DNA of 64,000 nt, from assembly GCA_964487545.1 (NCBI GenBank), contig CAZARI010000005.1:25061-89060 (forward strand), written 5' to 3'. This document shows positions 46,784 through 55,618 of the stretch, one piece after another (within the stretch, counting starts at the first letter, position 1; every line of letters begins with the position of its first letter). The position numbers were made by a program, and so were the translations under genes. The stretch comes from an uncultured Cryomorphaceae bacterium. Lineage in GTDB: Bacteria; Bacteroidota; Bacteroidia; Flavobacteriales_D; SKUL01. The notes under the pieces were generated by a model. That model did not search any database, was not told the origin of the DNA, and saw only the letters and a list, made by a program, of their open reading frames with translations.

Positions 46784-49159
46784 GTGAAACTTTTCCGCAA
46801 CATCTGGAGTGGTACAATCTTCTTGCTCGGCATTATAGGTCACATGTCCGCTCAGGAGATAGTACTCAACGAAATGCTGTCGTCCAACGCATCGGTACTT
46901 CAGGACGAGGATGGAGATTATCCCGACTGGATTGAACTCTATAACACGGGCAATGATCCGGTGAATATTGGCGGATACCGCATTTCAGATAATTTGGGAA
47001 ATCCAGACAAATGGATGTTTCCCGAGGTTTGGATAGAAGGCCATTCCACCTTATTGATTTATGCTTCGGGAAAGGATCGGATTGTGGGGCCGAATCTTCA
47101 TACCAATTTTAGCATTAAGGCCGAGGGTGAAGTGATTTTATTGTCTGACGCAAATGGTGATGTGATTGATTACTGGCCTCCGGTAGAACCGGGCGCGGAT
47201 AAGAGCTACGGACGCTACCCTGATGGTGCCGATGAATTTGAGATTTTTTCAGTCCCCACACCTAATCTTCCCAATGCGCTGGGAGAAATTTATGTTCCAT
47301 TAACCGAAACAGTCTTTTTCTCGTCTACACCAGGGTTTTATGCTGAGGGTTTTCAACTCGTACTTACGTGCAGTCACCCCGAGGCAACTATTCATTACAC
47401 CCGCAATGGAAGGGATCCTACACCGAACGATCCGGGATATGTTGAACCGCTCACCATTGATGATAATGCCGGTGTTCCAAACGGGATCTCGTCCATTCCA
47501 ACCAACACCGCCGAGACCTATACCTACTGGGGTTGGAAGCCTCCTGTAAACACGGTTTTTAAAGGGACCGTGATAAAAGCGAGTGCCTTTATTGGTGATG
47601 AAGCTGTTTCACCCGTCACAACTGCGTCCTATTTTGTTGATCCCAGTATGGAAGAGCGATATGGTGGACTACCGGTAGTTTCACTTTCGCTCGATTCCCT
47701 TCATATGTTTGGATACGAAACGGGGATTTATGTCCCTGGAACCACTCACGATGATAATCCCGATTTGCCTTTAGAATGGGGTTATGGAAATTACAATATG
47801 AAAGGAAAAGAGTGGGAACGTTCGGCACATTTCGAATTTTTTGAACCGAACGGAGAGTTAAGTATTAGTCAAGGGATTGGCGTGCGGATTCACGGAGGAG
47901 GCACACGGCAATTGTCGCTAAAATCGTTACGGCTTTACGCGCGCTATGAATATGGAAGCCGGTATTTTAATTATGCTTTTTTCCCTTGGAAACCCGCTGA
48001 TCAATACCGTCGCATCTTACTACGACCTAGTGGCAATGATTTCGATTCCAATTTTTGCGCAGATGCTGTTAGTTCGGTTATTAGTGGCGAATTAAATGTG
48101 CTCAAACAAGAAGTGCGACCAGCAGTTCTATTTATTAATGGCGAATTCTGGGGAATACACAACATCCGTGACAGAATTGACAACTATTTTCTGGAGTATT
48201 CCACAGGAGCAGACCCAGACAACGTGGATGTTATCGAAAACTGGATGGAAGCCTCAGAAGGTAGCATGTCGGGATATAACGAGCTGGTGAGTTTTATAGA
48301 ATCGGCCGATCTGAGCTATGAGTCAAATTACGAGTCGGTCGCTGAAAAAGTAGATATATCCAGCATTATAGATTACTATATCCTGAAGCAGTTCATTGCT
48401 GTGCATGACTGGCCAGGAAATAATAATTCCTTTTGGCGATCTACCAGTCCAGATTCTAAATGGCATTGGATTAATTATGACAGCGATGGTGCATTCAGAA
48501 CTGCTGATTACAATCCTATTCCGCATTCACTGATTGCCTCGGGCGAGTATTTTCACCAAGAAATTTCCGTGGTGTTATTTAAAAATCTAATGGAAAATAC
48601 CGCGTTCAGAGAAGCGTACTACCATAGGTTTGTGGAGTTGATGCAAACTGTATTCAAACCCGAAAATGTAGTTTCGGTGATTGACAGTTTAACTGAAATA
48701 ATTGCTCCGACAATGGAAGAGCATGTAAAGAGGTGGCAGTTCCCGGCTTCGTTGGAGGCTTGGGAAGAAGCGGTTCAAGTAATGCGCGATTTTGCCTATC
48801 AACGTCCGTGCTTTATGCTTCAGTATTTAATAAATCACCTGTCCATTCATCCATCAGACTATCCTTCTGGTATTTGTGATAATATTTTTGCGGAAAACAA
48901 CCTGCCCGATAACTTGGTTATATGGCCAAACCCCGCAGTAGACCAGTTGAACATAAAGCTTCGGGATGATGCTGAATTTCGGCAGGTGCTTATTTTCGAT
49001 GCATCCGGGCGCGAGGTGTTCAGCCAAAGACAAGGTCTGACCAAATTTGTCGGACAACTTCCGTTGTCCGTAGGCTACCTGTCATCAGGAATTTACGTGT
49101 TGCACGTCGAAACAGAATATCAACTGTATACCAAACGATTTGTCGTGTCAAATCCTTGA
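46784..49159 (+). CDS. secreted CotH kinase-family protein with lamin-tail-like domain and T9SS C-terminal sorting domain (paralogue of 1117-3417)
   Basis: QEIVLNEMLSSN..DEDGDYPDWIELYNTG, GVRIHGGGTRQLSLKSLRLYARYEYGSRYFNY, and a C-terminal WPNPAVDQLNI...GIYVLHV...RFVVSNP. GTG start, 53 nt after the HK. Confidence 0.85.
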   Translation: MKLFRNIWSGTIFLLGIIGHMSAQEIVLNEMLSSNASVLQDEDGDYPDWIELYNTGNDPVNIGGYRISDNLGNPDKWMFPEVWIEGHSTLLIYASGKDRIVGPNLHTNFSIKAEGEVILLSDANGDVIDYWPPVEPGADKSYGRYPDGADEFEIFSVPTPNLPNALGEIYVPLTETVFFSSTPGFYAEGFQLVLTCSHPEATIHYTRNGRDPTPNDPGYVEPLTIDDNAGVPNGISSIPTNTAETYTYWGWKPPVNTVFKGTVIKASAFIGDEAVSPVTTASYFVDPSMEERYGGLPVVSLSLDSLHMFGYETGIYVPGTTHDDNPDLPLEWGYGNYNMKGKEWERSAHFEFFEPNGELSISQGIGVRIHGGGTRQLSLKSLRLYARYEYGSRYFNYAFFPWKPADQYRRILLRPSGNDFDSNFCADAVSSVISGELNVLKQEVRPAVLFINGEFWGIHNIRDRIDNYFLEYSTGADPDNVDVIENWMEASEGSMSGYNELVSFIESADLSYESNYESVAEKVDISSIIDYYILKQFIAVHDWPGNNNSFWRSTSPDSKWHWINYDSDGAFRTADYNPIPHSLIASGEYFHQEISVVLFKNLMENTAFREAYYHRFVELMQTVFKPENVVSVIDSLTEIIAPTMEEHVKRWQFPASLEAWEEAVQVMRDFAYQRPCFMLQYLINHLSIHPSDYPSGICDNIFAENNLPDNLVIWPNPAVDQLNIKLRDDAEFRQVLIFDASGREVFSQRQGLTKFVGQLPLSVGYLSSGIYVLHVETEYQLYTKRFVVSNP

Positions 49160-49247
49160 TGTATACAAGGTAAATCAAACCATCGCATATCCAGATTTCC
49201 TCCAGAATTGGAAATTACCTTTGGGTATAACTTTAAATCTTACAACA

Positions 49248-49613
49248 ATGTTATTACTTAGAACCATTTTCATTCTTGCAGCATTTGTTATTAGCGGATC
49301 GGTTTCTGCGCAATACACAGGCCCTGGAACTGTGGGCAAACAATACACCGTGGCCGAGGTAAAGAAAGAAGCGGCTAAACTGGATAAAATGGATGCCGTG
49401 GTTAAACTCGAAGGCTATATCGTGGAGCGGATCAACAAAGAGGATTTCTGGTTTCAGGACGATACCGGAAGGTTGATTGTAGAAATTGACAAAAAGATCA
49501 TGCCCGAGCGGCCTTTTGACGACAAAACCAAAGTGATTGTTACCGGCGAGGTAGATCACGATTTGCTCGAAGAGGTAGAGATTGAGGTGGATGAAATTCA
49601 CTTTGTAGATTGA
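49248..49613 (+). CDS. YgiW/YdeI-family periplasmic OB-fold (BOF) protein
   Basis: Signal peptide MLLLRTIFILAAFVISGSVSA, then YTVAEVKKEA...VVKLEGYIVERINKEDFWFQDDTGRLIVEID..., the typical YgiW pattern. The track start at 49140 overlaps CotH and is rejected. Confidence 0.7.
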   Translation: MLLLRTIFILAAFVISGSVSAQYTGPGTVGKQYTVAEVKKEAAKLDKMDAVVKLEGYIVERINKEDFWFQDDTGRLIVEIDKKIMPERPFDDKTKVIVTGEVDHDLLEEVEIEVDEIHFVD

Positions 49614-50857
49614 TGGTCCGAATAGCGATTTTAATAACCCTGTTCGCAACCGGAGTTGGGTGCAATGGCCAACCTGCCGAACGCTTGTTGGCCATTGCCC
49701 AATCTTTTTGTACCGATGCCGAAATCCTCGAAATCGATCGCAAAGAAAATTTTACCGAATTGGAGTTTAGCTGTGCTGGTAAGGTGTACGAAATAGGCGT
49801 GTCTGAAAAGTATGAGGTGCTCTATGTCGAAACGGAAGCCGAAATCCCCGCTGAGGTGATGACCAAAATCCGCAACCGTCTCGAAAAACAATATCCCGGT
49901 TGGTTCATCGACGAGATGGATTTGATCGAGATGAAAGACACTTCATTCTATAAGATCGAAGTGATGAAGGGTGGAGTAGAAGAAAATCTCTATTTCACGC
50001 GTCATGGAAAGGTTTTTAGGTTGCACACCGCCGCCCCCGACGATAGCGAGTTGGTGAGGGAGCTAAAGCAATCTGACGTTTATCAATCGGCACCTTACAA
50101 TTTTCTTAATCCCACGCGTGTTTACGATCTGCCGGATATTCTGGTAGAAATATCGGGAATTGCAATTGGCGATGACAAAACGGTTTATTGTGTGCAAGAC
50201 GAACTCGGACTGGTATTTATATTTGAACTCGAATCGGGAGAAGTAGCAGAAACTATTCGGTTTACAGATGTTGGTGATTTTGAGGACATTCAGGTTCGGA
50301 ACAACATCGTTTATATTCTTCGCAGTGATGGCACATTGTTTTATTTTGATCTCGGCCAACGAAACGAAATCAAACAGGTGATGTTGCCGTTGCAGTGCCT
50401 CAATGCAGAGGGCCTTTTCTTTGGTGGAGAAAACGAGGTGTGGTTTGTGGCCTGCAAAGAAGATATGCTCACCGGCAGCAAAAACGAACGACTGATTTAT
50501 CATTTTGAACACAACCAGTGGGCAAAGGCACAAAGCACTTTTTCGGTAAATATGCGCGATATCGAAAAAGAGTTGAAGCAGAGTTATCCCAAAGTAAAAT
50601 GGGGTGAGGTGGCTTTTAATCCGTCTGCTGTGGCGGTGCATCCGCATACCGGTGAACTGTATGTCCTGTCGGCCAAACAAGAGTACCTTGCGGTGTACAA
50701 GGGCGACAAGTTAAAAGCGGTATATCCACTTCCGGCTGAGATGTATTACAAGCCCGAAGGAATCGACTTCACAGCTTCGGGCGATTTATTGCTCTCGAGC
50801 GAGGGACGTAAAAAGGGATATCTGAACGGGCAGATTTATTATTTCCGAAAGAAATGA
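49613..50857 (+). CDS. lipoprotein with N-terminal PepSY-like (DUF2874-type) domain and C-terminal SdiA-regulated-like beta-propeller region
   Basis: Lipobox LFATGVGC. PepSY-like segment KIRNRLEKQYPGWFIDEMDLIEMKDTSFYKIEVMKGGVEENLYFTRHGKVF. The C-terminal EISGIAIGDDKTVYCVQDELGLVF...GDFEDIQVRNNIVYILRSDG resembles SdiA-regulated family repeats. ATG 49613 overlaps the YgiW stop (TGATG). Confidence 0.55.
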   Translation: MVRIAILITLFATGVGCNGQPAERLLAIAQSFCTDAEILEIDRKENFTELEFSCAGKVYEIGVSEKYEVLYVETEAEIPAEVMTKIRNRLEKQYPGWFIDEMDLIEMKDTSFYKIEVMKGGVEENLYFTRHGKVFRLHTAAPDDSELVRELKQSDVYQSAPYNFLNPTRVYDLPDILVEISGIAIGDDKTVYCVQDELGLVFIFELESGEVAETIRFTDVGDFEDIQVRNNIVYILRSDGTLFYFDLGQRNEIKQVMLPLQCLNAEGLFFGGENEVWFVACKEDMLTGSKNERLIYHFEHNQWAKAQSTFSVNMRDIEKELKQSYPKVKWGEVAFNPSAVAVHPHTGELYVLSAKQEYLAVYKGDKLKAVYPLPAEMYYKPEGIDFTASGDLLLSSEGRKKGYLNGQIYYFRKK

Positions 50858-51130
50858 TACACCACCAGGGTAATCGTAAGGGTGCAAAAAATGAAACATG
50901 CAGCGAAAACACCCCAGGCTCTCGAGAGGAGGGAGTGCAAGATATACAGCTACTGCTGCATTTATTGTATAGTATGGAGCGAGCCCTTCTATTTCTGTGG
51001 TTGGGATCGCTCCTTATACTGATTCGTACATTGAAATTGAGTTTCGCTGTTCCGGCGGCTTACTATACCCTAGTCGCTCACTGTATAAGTGAGGTGTCCA
51101 TTGACCATAAAAACAGCTTAAAAAGCAGGT

Positions 51131-51577
51131 TTATTTCTTCACTTTTACATTGATGGCTACTGGTCCTCTGTCACCCGGAGCAATATCAAAAATCACCTGA
51201 TTTCCTTCTTTAATCTCTTCCAGATGAGATGAAACATGAGTGAAAAGGCTATCGCTGCTTCCTTTTACGGCAATAAACCCATATCCTTTCGACTCATCAA
51301 AAAATTTCACGGTGCCTTCGTTGATTTCTTCCTCCTGTTCGCTCTTAGGAGGCACGCCAATCACAATGTCTTCAGCGTCTATTTCTTCACGCTGCGAGGG
51401 ATCCGGCGGCGTGTCAGTAATGTTTCCAAACTCATCGACATACGCGATCATGTCGTCGAAGTCCTTGCCTGAACTGTCGTCCTTTCGGGCTTCCTTTTTC
51501 TTCAGCTTATCTTCTCGTTTTTTTTGTTTCTTTTTCTCTTTTTCCCGTTTACTCCAGGATTCGTTCGATCTTCCCAT
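51131..51577 (-). CDS. cold-shock domain protein with ~85-aa K/E/D-rich N-terminal extension
   Basis: The CSD core GTVKFFDESKGYGFIAVKGSSDSLFTHVSS (RNP1-like KGYGFI) sits at the C-terminal end. The N-terminus reads MGRSNESWSKREKEKKKQKKREDKLKKKEARKDD... Confidence 0.8.
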   Translation of the reverse strand: MGRSNESWSKREKEKKKQKKREDKLKKKEARKDDSSGKDFDDMIAYVDEFGNITDTPPDPSQREEIDAEDIVIGVPPKSEQEEEINEGTVKFFDESKGYGFIAVKGSSDSLFTHVSSHLEEIKEGNQVIFDIAPGDRGPVAINVKVKK

Positions 51578-51748
51578 TTGTTGTTTGAAGTGTGTGTTTT
51601 AAGTTTTAATGACTCAGTGAGCTACCTAATATAACGATTCTTTCCGAATAAATTTAGTGCTTACCTGAGTGGCTGAATTTGGATGCAAAGGTCGTAATAA
51701 TATACGGGTATTCAATGGCTTGTAACTTCCTTATTTAAAAGACATTGA

Positions 51749-53545
51749 TCAGGTTGTGGCCAGCTCATTCATTCTGATTCGTGCTGCTCCCAAAGCCATT
51801 TCGAATCGCTGCGCCAATGTTTGGTTTTTTTCAATGTGGTTCATCCGATTGGCGTAATACTCTATTCCATTAATCAGATTTTCTCTGAACTTCCGAATCT
51901 TAACCTGGTTTTTCTGGTTGAGGTTTTGAATGGGATCCTCACACATTTTCCTAAAGTGTTCAACATACAGCTGCAGCTCTTTGATAAAAAGATGCGGCCG
52001 TTCGGGTGAAAGCGACAATGATAGCTTTCCGTAAATATGCCCCACCATTTCGGCAAGGTTGTATGTGCTGGAGAAATAGGCCAGATTGGGTCCGGGACAA
52101 ATCGTTACTGCATCCAGCTTTTTAGGTGGTTTGCCATTGTTGGCAATAATAGCCGACGCCCCAAGCCCATGACAAAGACATTCTTTCTCCATCACTTTTT
52201 CAGCGGCCCGGTCAAAATCAGCTCCCTGACCCAGTTCAGCTTCCAGTTGCTTGAGCTTGAGGTGCTGATATTGTCTTGATGCGGTGCAAATGGGTTGATC
52301 GGTAAACTCTGTATCAAACGATAAGTACTTTTTGTAGCACGGGCTGCCCGGCCTGTTTTTGACAATGCGCTCTTTGCGCAATTTTTCTGAGGATGTGGTT
52401 TTCAGGTTGTGAAACGGAACGCCCAACGGTGAAGCATTGCTCAGGTAGTAGTCTTCCTGCCGCGCATTAATCAGCACTTCCAGGGTTTCATCATCCACAC
52501 TGGTGGCCTCAGGAACAAGTAAAAACGGACTGCCCCAGCCGGTGCCATCCAGTTGATACTCGTTCAATAAAAACTGATTTTCGTCGGAAGTGCCAATTCC
52601 ACCCTGATAGGTAATTCGAATTTGGTGGTGGTCGTCAACCAAGTTCTTTCCCTTATTCGACAATGAATGATTGCATATTTCACGAAGAGTTTCATCGAGA
52701 GATTTGCGATTGGTTGCAAATTCTTCCAGAATGGGCCCGGCCAACAGACCATCGGTGGCAAAGGCGTGTCCTCCGCAGTTTAATCCCGATTCAATCCGAA
52801 ATTCCGACACCCAAAGTCCTTTTTGGGCAAGGTATTTACCCTGAATAAGTGCCGACCGGTAATCACTGACCTTGATGACGATTCCTTTCTTTATTTTCCC
52901 CTTTGAGTCGGGAAAGAAATCGTCGTACAATTCGGTATGTCCGAATAACGCGGGATTCATTCCCGCCGAAAAAACCACCGATCCGATAATCTTGCTGGTG
53001 GCAAATCCGCGCAGCGAAGCCAAAGCGTCGGAGTATATTCTCGGTAATGCTTGGCCATCCTTGTCGTAATTGATGCGATCGAGCTTGGTCATGATGTTAA
53101 CATCAATCGATCCGGCCACAATATTTTTGCGAAGTTCTTCTTGCAGCGTGAACCTTTCTTCCCCTTCAGAAAAGAACATACGCAAATACTTTTCTTTTAA
53201 TGGGTGATCATCACGCAGCAACTGAAAATATTTATTGATTTCGGCGTCGTGCTCAAACGATTGAAGTTGTATGCTTGTGACTTGCTGCTCAATTTCATTG
53301 TTGATAAAGTCCAGGTATTGACGAATGCGCTTTGCACGGTAATCATGGGCTTTCTCGGTGATGCGTTCATAAGGGATGTTCCCATTTCTGCAAAGGGTTT
53401 CTCGCATGTCTTCAAGCAACTGATCGTCCATAATCGAAACAACGCTCGATATGCCGTAGCGGGCAATTTTTAAGGGGCTGTCGAGCGTGTAACCGAGACC
53501 GAGAACAGGAATGTGAAAGTCGTGGGGATGTGGTGAGGTAGTCAT
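51749..53545 (-). CDS. uncharacterised 598-aa protein with blocks reminiscent of FMN-dependent NMO/FabK-type TIM barrels
   Basis: Long clean ORF. FRIESGLNCGGHAF and YQGGIGTSDENQFLLNEYQLDGTGWGSPFLLVPEA resemble the E-x-GGH and GGI...G.G.PFL..E blocks of nitronate monooxygenase-like enzymes. A Cys-containing C-terminal part follows (KECLCHGLG, TICPGPN). The family assignment is not secure. Confidence 0.6.
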   Translation of the reverse strand: MTTSPHPHDFHIPVLGLGYTLDSPLKIARYGISSVVSIMDDQLLEDMRETLCRNGNIPYERITEKAHDYRAKRIRQYLDFINNEIEQQVTSIQLQSFEHDAEINKYFQLLRDDHPLKEKYLRMFFSEGEERFTLQEELRKNIVAGSIDVNIMTKLDRINYDKDGQALPRIYSDALASLRGFATSKIIGSVVFSAGMNPALFGHTELYDDFFPDSKGKIKKGIVIKVSDYRSALIQGKYLAQKGLWVSEFRIESGLNCGGHAFATDGLLAGPILEEFATNRKSLDETLREICNHSLSNKGKNLVDDHHQIRITYQGGIGTSDENQFLLNEYQLDGTGWGSPFLLVPEATSVDDETLEVLINARQEDYYLSNASPLGVPFHNLKTTSSEKLRKERIVKNRPGSPCYKKYLSFDTEFTDQPICTASRQYQHLKLKQLEAELGQGADFDRAAEKVMEKECLCHGLGASAIIANNGKPPKKLDAVTICPGPNLAYFSSTYNLAEMVGHIYGKLSLSLSPERPHLFIKELQLYVEHFRKMCEDPIQNLNQKNQVKIRKFRENLINGIEYYANRMNHIEKNQTLAQRFEMALGAARIRMNELATT

Positions 53546-53559
53546 AGATTTGGGTCTTT

Positions 53560-53593
53560 AAATAATAGAGGATAAATGTATCCTTTATTATTT
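53560..53593. promoter_or_regulatory. 15-bp-arm palindrome, 14 nt upstream of the 598-aa gene start
   Basis: AAATAATAGAGGATA(53560-74), aatg, TATCCTTTATTATTT(53579-93): 15 pairs including one G-T. It lies between the hemerythrin-like stop (53652) and ATG 53545. No flanking T-run exists on either strand, so it is not a canonical terminator. Confidence 0.6.
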
Positions 53594-53651
53594 GACTACA
53601 GTGAAAACAAGGTTGTTTTTTTGAGGAAAGGCAAGTAAAAAGATGGAAGGA

Positions 53652-54119
53652 TTACTTCCAGAATTCATCCTCCCACGAGCCACCGGGCTTGGCTTTGTCA
53701 TGATTGTCGTGGGCTACGATCATTTTTTCGTAAGCTTCTTCGGTTGCTACTTCCTGAATTTTCTGAAATAATATGCGCTCTTCAAAACGGATGTGGTCGT
53801 TGAGCAGCACACGAATCTCTTCGAGCGTTTGGTTCGAAACTTCTGCTTGGGTGATGAGGTATTCCAGCCTTTGGTGTTCTTCCAAGGCTTGTTTCACCAT
53901 CGGGTGATCATTTCCGAGCACGGTGAAAACAACTTTTTCTTCGAGATGAAAGTGGGGAAGTAGTTCGGTTTCAAAGGCAAAGCGCACGTATTTAAACACG
54001 CGTTCGGCACTTAGATTTTTAGATGCGGCTTTTTGAATTTTCCAACACAGCAACAAGCCGAAATGGTGTTCGCGGCTAATGGGTTGCAATGCGTCGTGTC
54101 GTTTTATGGGTGAGGCCAT
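53652..54119 (-). CDS. hemerythrin HHE cation-binding domain protein
   Basis: His/Glu ligand blocks ISREHHFGLL, LPHFHLEEKVVF, ALEEHQRLEY and LNDHIRFEERILF. Lies 7 nt downstream of nosY. Confidence 0.6.
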   Translation of the reverse strand: MASPIKRHDALQPISREHHFGLLLCWKIQKAASKNLSAERVFKYVRFAFETELLPHFHLEEKVVFTVLGNDHPMVKQALEEHQRLEYLITQAEVSNQTLEEIRVLLNDHIRFEERILFQKIQEVATEEAYEKMIVAHDNHDKAKPGGSWEDEFWK

Positions 54120-54126
54120 ATCTCGA

Positions 54127-54894
54127 TTAGATGTTTTTTCGGTTAAAAACGCGCAGCGAAATCAAGAGCGGAACGATGCCCCACAACAGCACAACACCCA
54201 GCGCAAGCACACTGCCGTTTTGTTCGTCAAAGAAATTGCGGAATACGGCACCGCTGGCTCCCATGAGTGCAGCAGCTTCGGTTTGCATCAGCACCACGAT
54301 GCGGCCCAAGTCAACGGGGTTTAGAAAGGTGATGAACAACATCCATTTTTCAATCGGATAGTCACTGAAATTATACATCATCAATAACACCAATCCATCA
54401 AAGAGCAAAACAAAATAGGCCCAAAGCATCAACGCGACTCCCATTCCGCGGGCTTTATCATTTGACAACACGCTGCCGAGAAGGGCAAAAGCCACAAAAA
54501 CAACCGAAAGTAAAACACCAACTACTACGATCAACAGCGATTGAATGCCACCATGCATAATCCAAAGCGGAATTCCGGTGCCTAAGATTACTGCTGCACA
54601 AAACACAAAACTCAACCCGAAAAATATACTCAGCAATAAGGTATGACGCTTGATGGGCAGGGCCAAAAGCAATCCGAAGAAATCGTTTGAGTTGTAGTAA
54701 TAAATGGTGGCAAACACTACTGATACCATCGGCACCACCAGCAAAATGGTATTCATCACCCCGAGCAATGCTTTTTCAGGATGGGCGTCGAGCATAAAAA
54801 AGCCGATGGTGGCCAATAGCAAAAATGCCGTGAAGAACAGTAAAATCCAATTGCGGATCAGGTCGGTGATGATGAACTTGGTGATTCTAAACAT
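54127..54894 (-). CDS. nosY: NosY, ABC-2 type permease of the NosDFY complex
   Basis: 255 aa and 6 TM. Overlaps nosF by 8 nt. Its position after nosD-nosF fits. Confidence 0.8.
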   Translation of the reverse strand: MFRITKFIITDLIRNWILLFFTAFLLLATIGFFMLDAHPEKALLGVMNTILLVVPMVSVVFATIYYYNSNDFFGLLLALPIKRHTLLLSIFFGLSFVFCAAVILGTGIPLWIMHGGIQSLLIVVVGVLLSVVFVAFALLGSVLSNDKARGMGVALMLWAYFVLLFDGLVLLMMYNFSDYPIEKWMLFITFLNPVDLGRIVVLMQTEAAALMGASGAVFRNFFDEQNGSVLALGVVLLWGIVPLLISLRVFNRKNI

Positions 54895-55618
54895 ATTGAT
54901 TGTCTGTTTTCAACACTTTGGCAATCACTCGGTTCAGGCGGTCTTCCGATGTTTCTGCTTTCAGGTCTTCGAGTGTTCGGTAAAATTTAATGTGGCCGTC
55001 CATCAGGTAAGCTACATCAGTTGTTATTTCGTCAAGATCGCTCAGAATATGCGAAGTGATCAGCACCAGTTTTCCTTGAGCCAGTGATTCTCGAAGGTGC
55101 TCTTTTAGAATTTCGTTGGATACCGGATCGAGACCAGCGGTGGGTTCATCGAGAATCAATACTTCCGGATCGAATAAAAACGCCAGCGCGGCACTTACTT
55201 TCTGCTTCATGCCTCCCGAAAGTTGGCCCAGTTTCTTTCCCGACATCGATTGCACATCGAAATTTTCATAAAGCGACCGATCGTATTTTTCGGAAGGCAC
55301 ATCCCTGCGCAAATCCTGCATCAGTGCAAATAGTTGACGCACACGCATGTTTTCGGGAAATCTTTGGATTTGTGGCATGTAGCCGATATTGCTGCGGTAT
55401 TCACTGGTGTTCAACACCGATTCTCCTTTAAATAGAATCTCTCCAGATTCAGGCCGCACCATTCCCAGAATGGATTTGATGAGCGTTGTTTTACCCGAAC
55501 CGTTGGGGCCGATAAGTGCCACACTTTGTTTCGCGTTAAAAGAAATACTAATGTTATTCAGCACCTTTTGCCGATCGAAGGCTTTATGGAGGTTTTTAAT
55601 TTCAATCATTTGCAACAA
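54887..55618 (-). CDS. nosF: NosF, ABC transporter ATPase
   Basis: Walker A GPNGSGKT, signature LSGGMKQK, and Walker B ILDEPTAGLD. Overlaps nosD by 17 nt. Confidence 0.85.
   Translation of the reverse strand: MLQMIEIKNLHKAFDRQKVLNNISISFNAKQSVALIGPNGSGKTTLIKSILGMVRPESGEILFKGESVLNTSEYRSNIGYMPQIQRFPENMRVRQLFALMQDLRRDVPSEKYDRSLYENFDVQSMSGKKLGQLSGGMKQKVSAALAFLFDPEVLILDEPTAGLDPVSNEILKEHLRESLAQGKLVLITSHILSDLDEITTDVAYLMDGHIKFYRTLEDLKAETSEDRLNRVIAKVLKTDNQYV

Noticed and set aside
50063-50680. 205-aa minus-strand ORF, with similar shadow ORFs at 9204-9806 (-), 19820-20389 (-), 27768-28232 (-), 25397-25807 (-) and 10174-10581 (-)
   Set aside because: Each lies fully inside a well-supported gene on the opposite strand and shows no family features.
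50854-51153. 99-aa plus-strand ORF in the convergent spacer
   Set aside because: It overlaps the ends of both neighbouring genes and has no signal, domain or plausible start context. It is treated as non-coding spacer (see the finding on the spacer).
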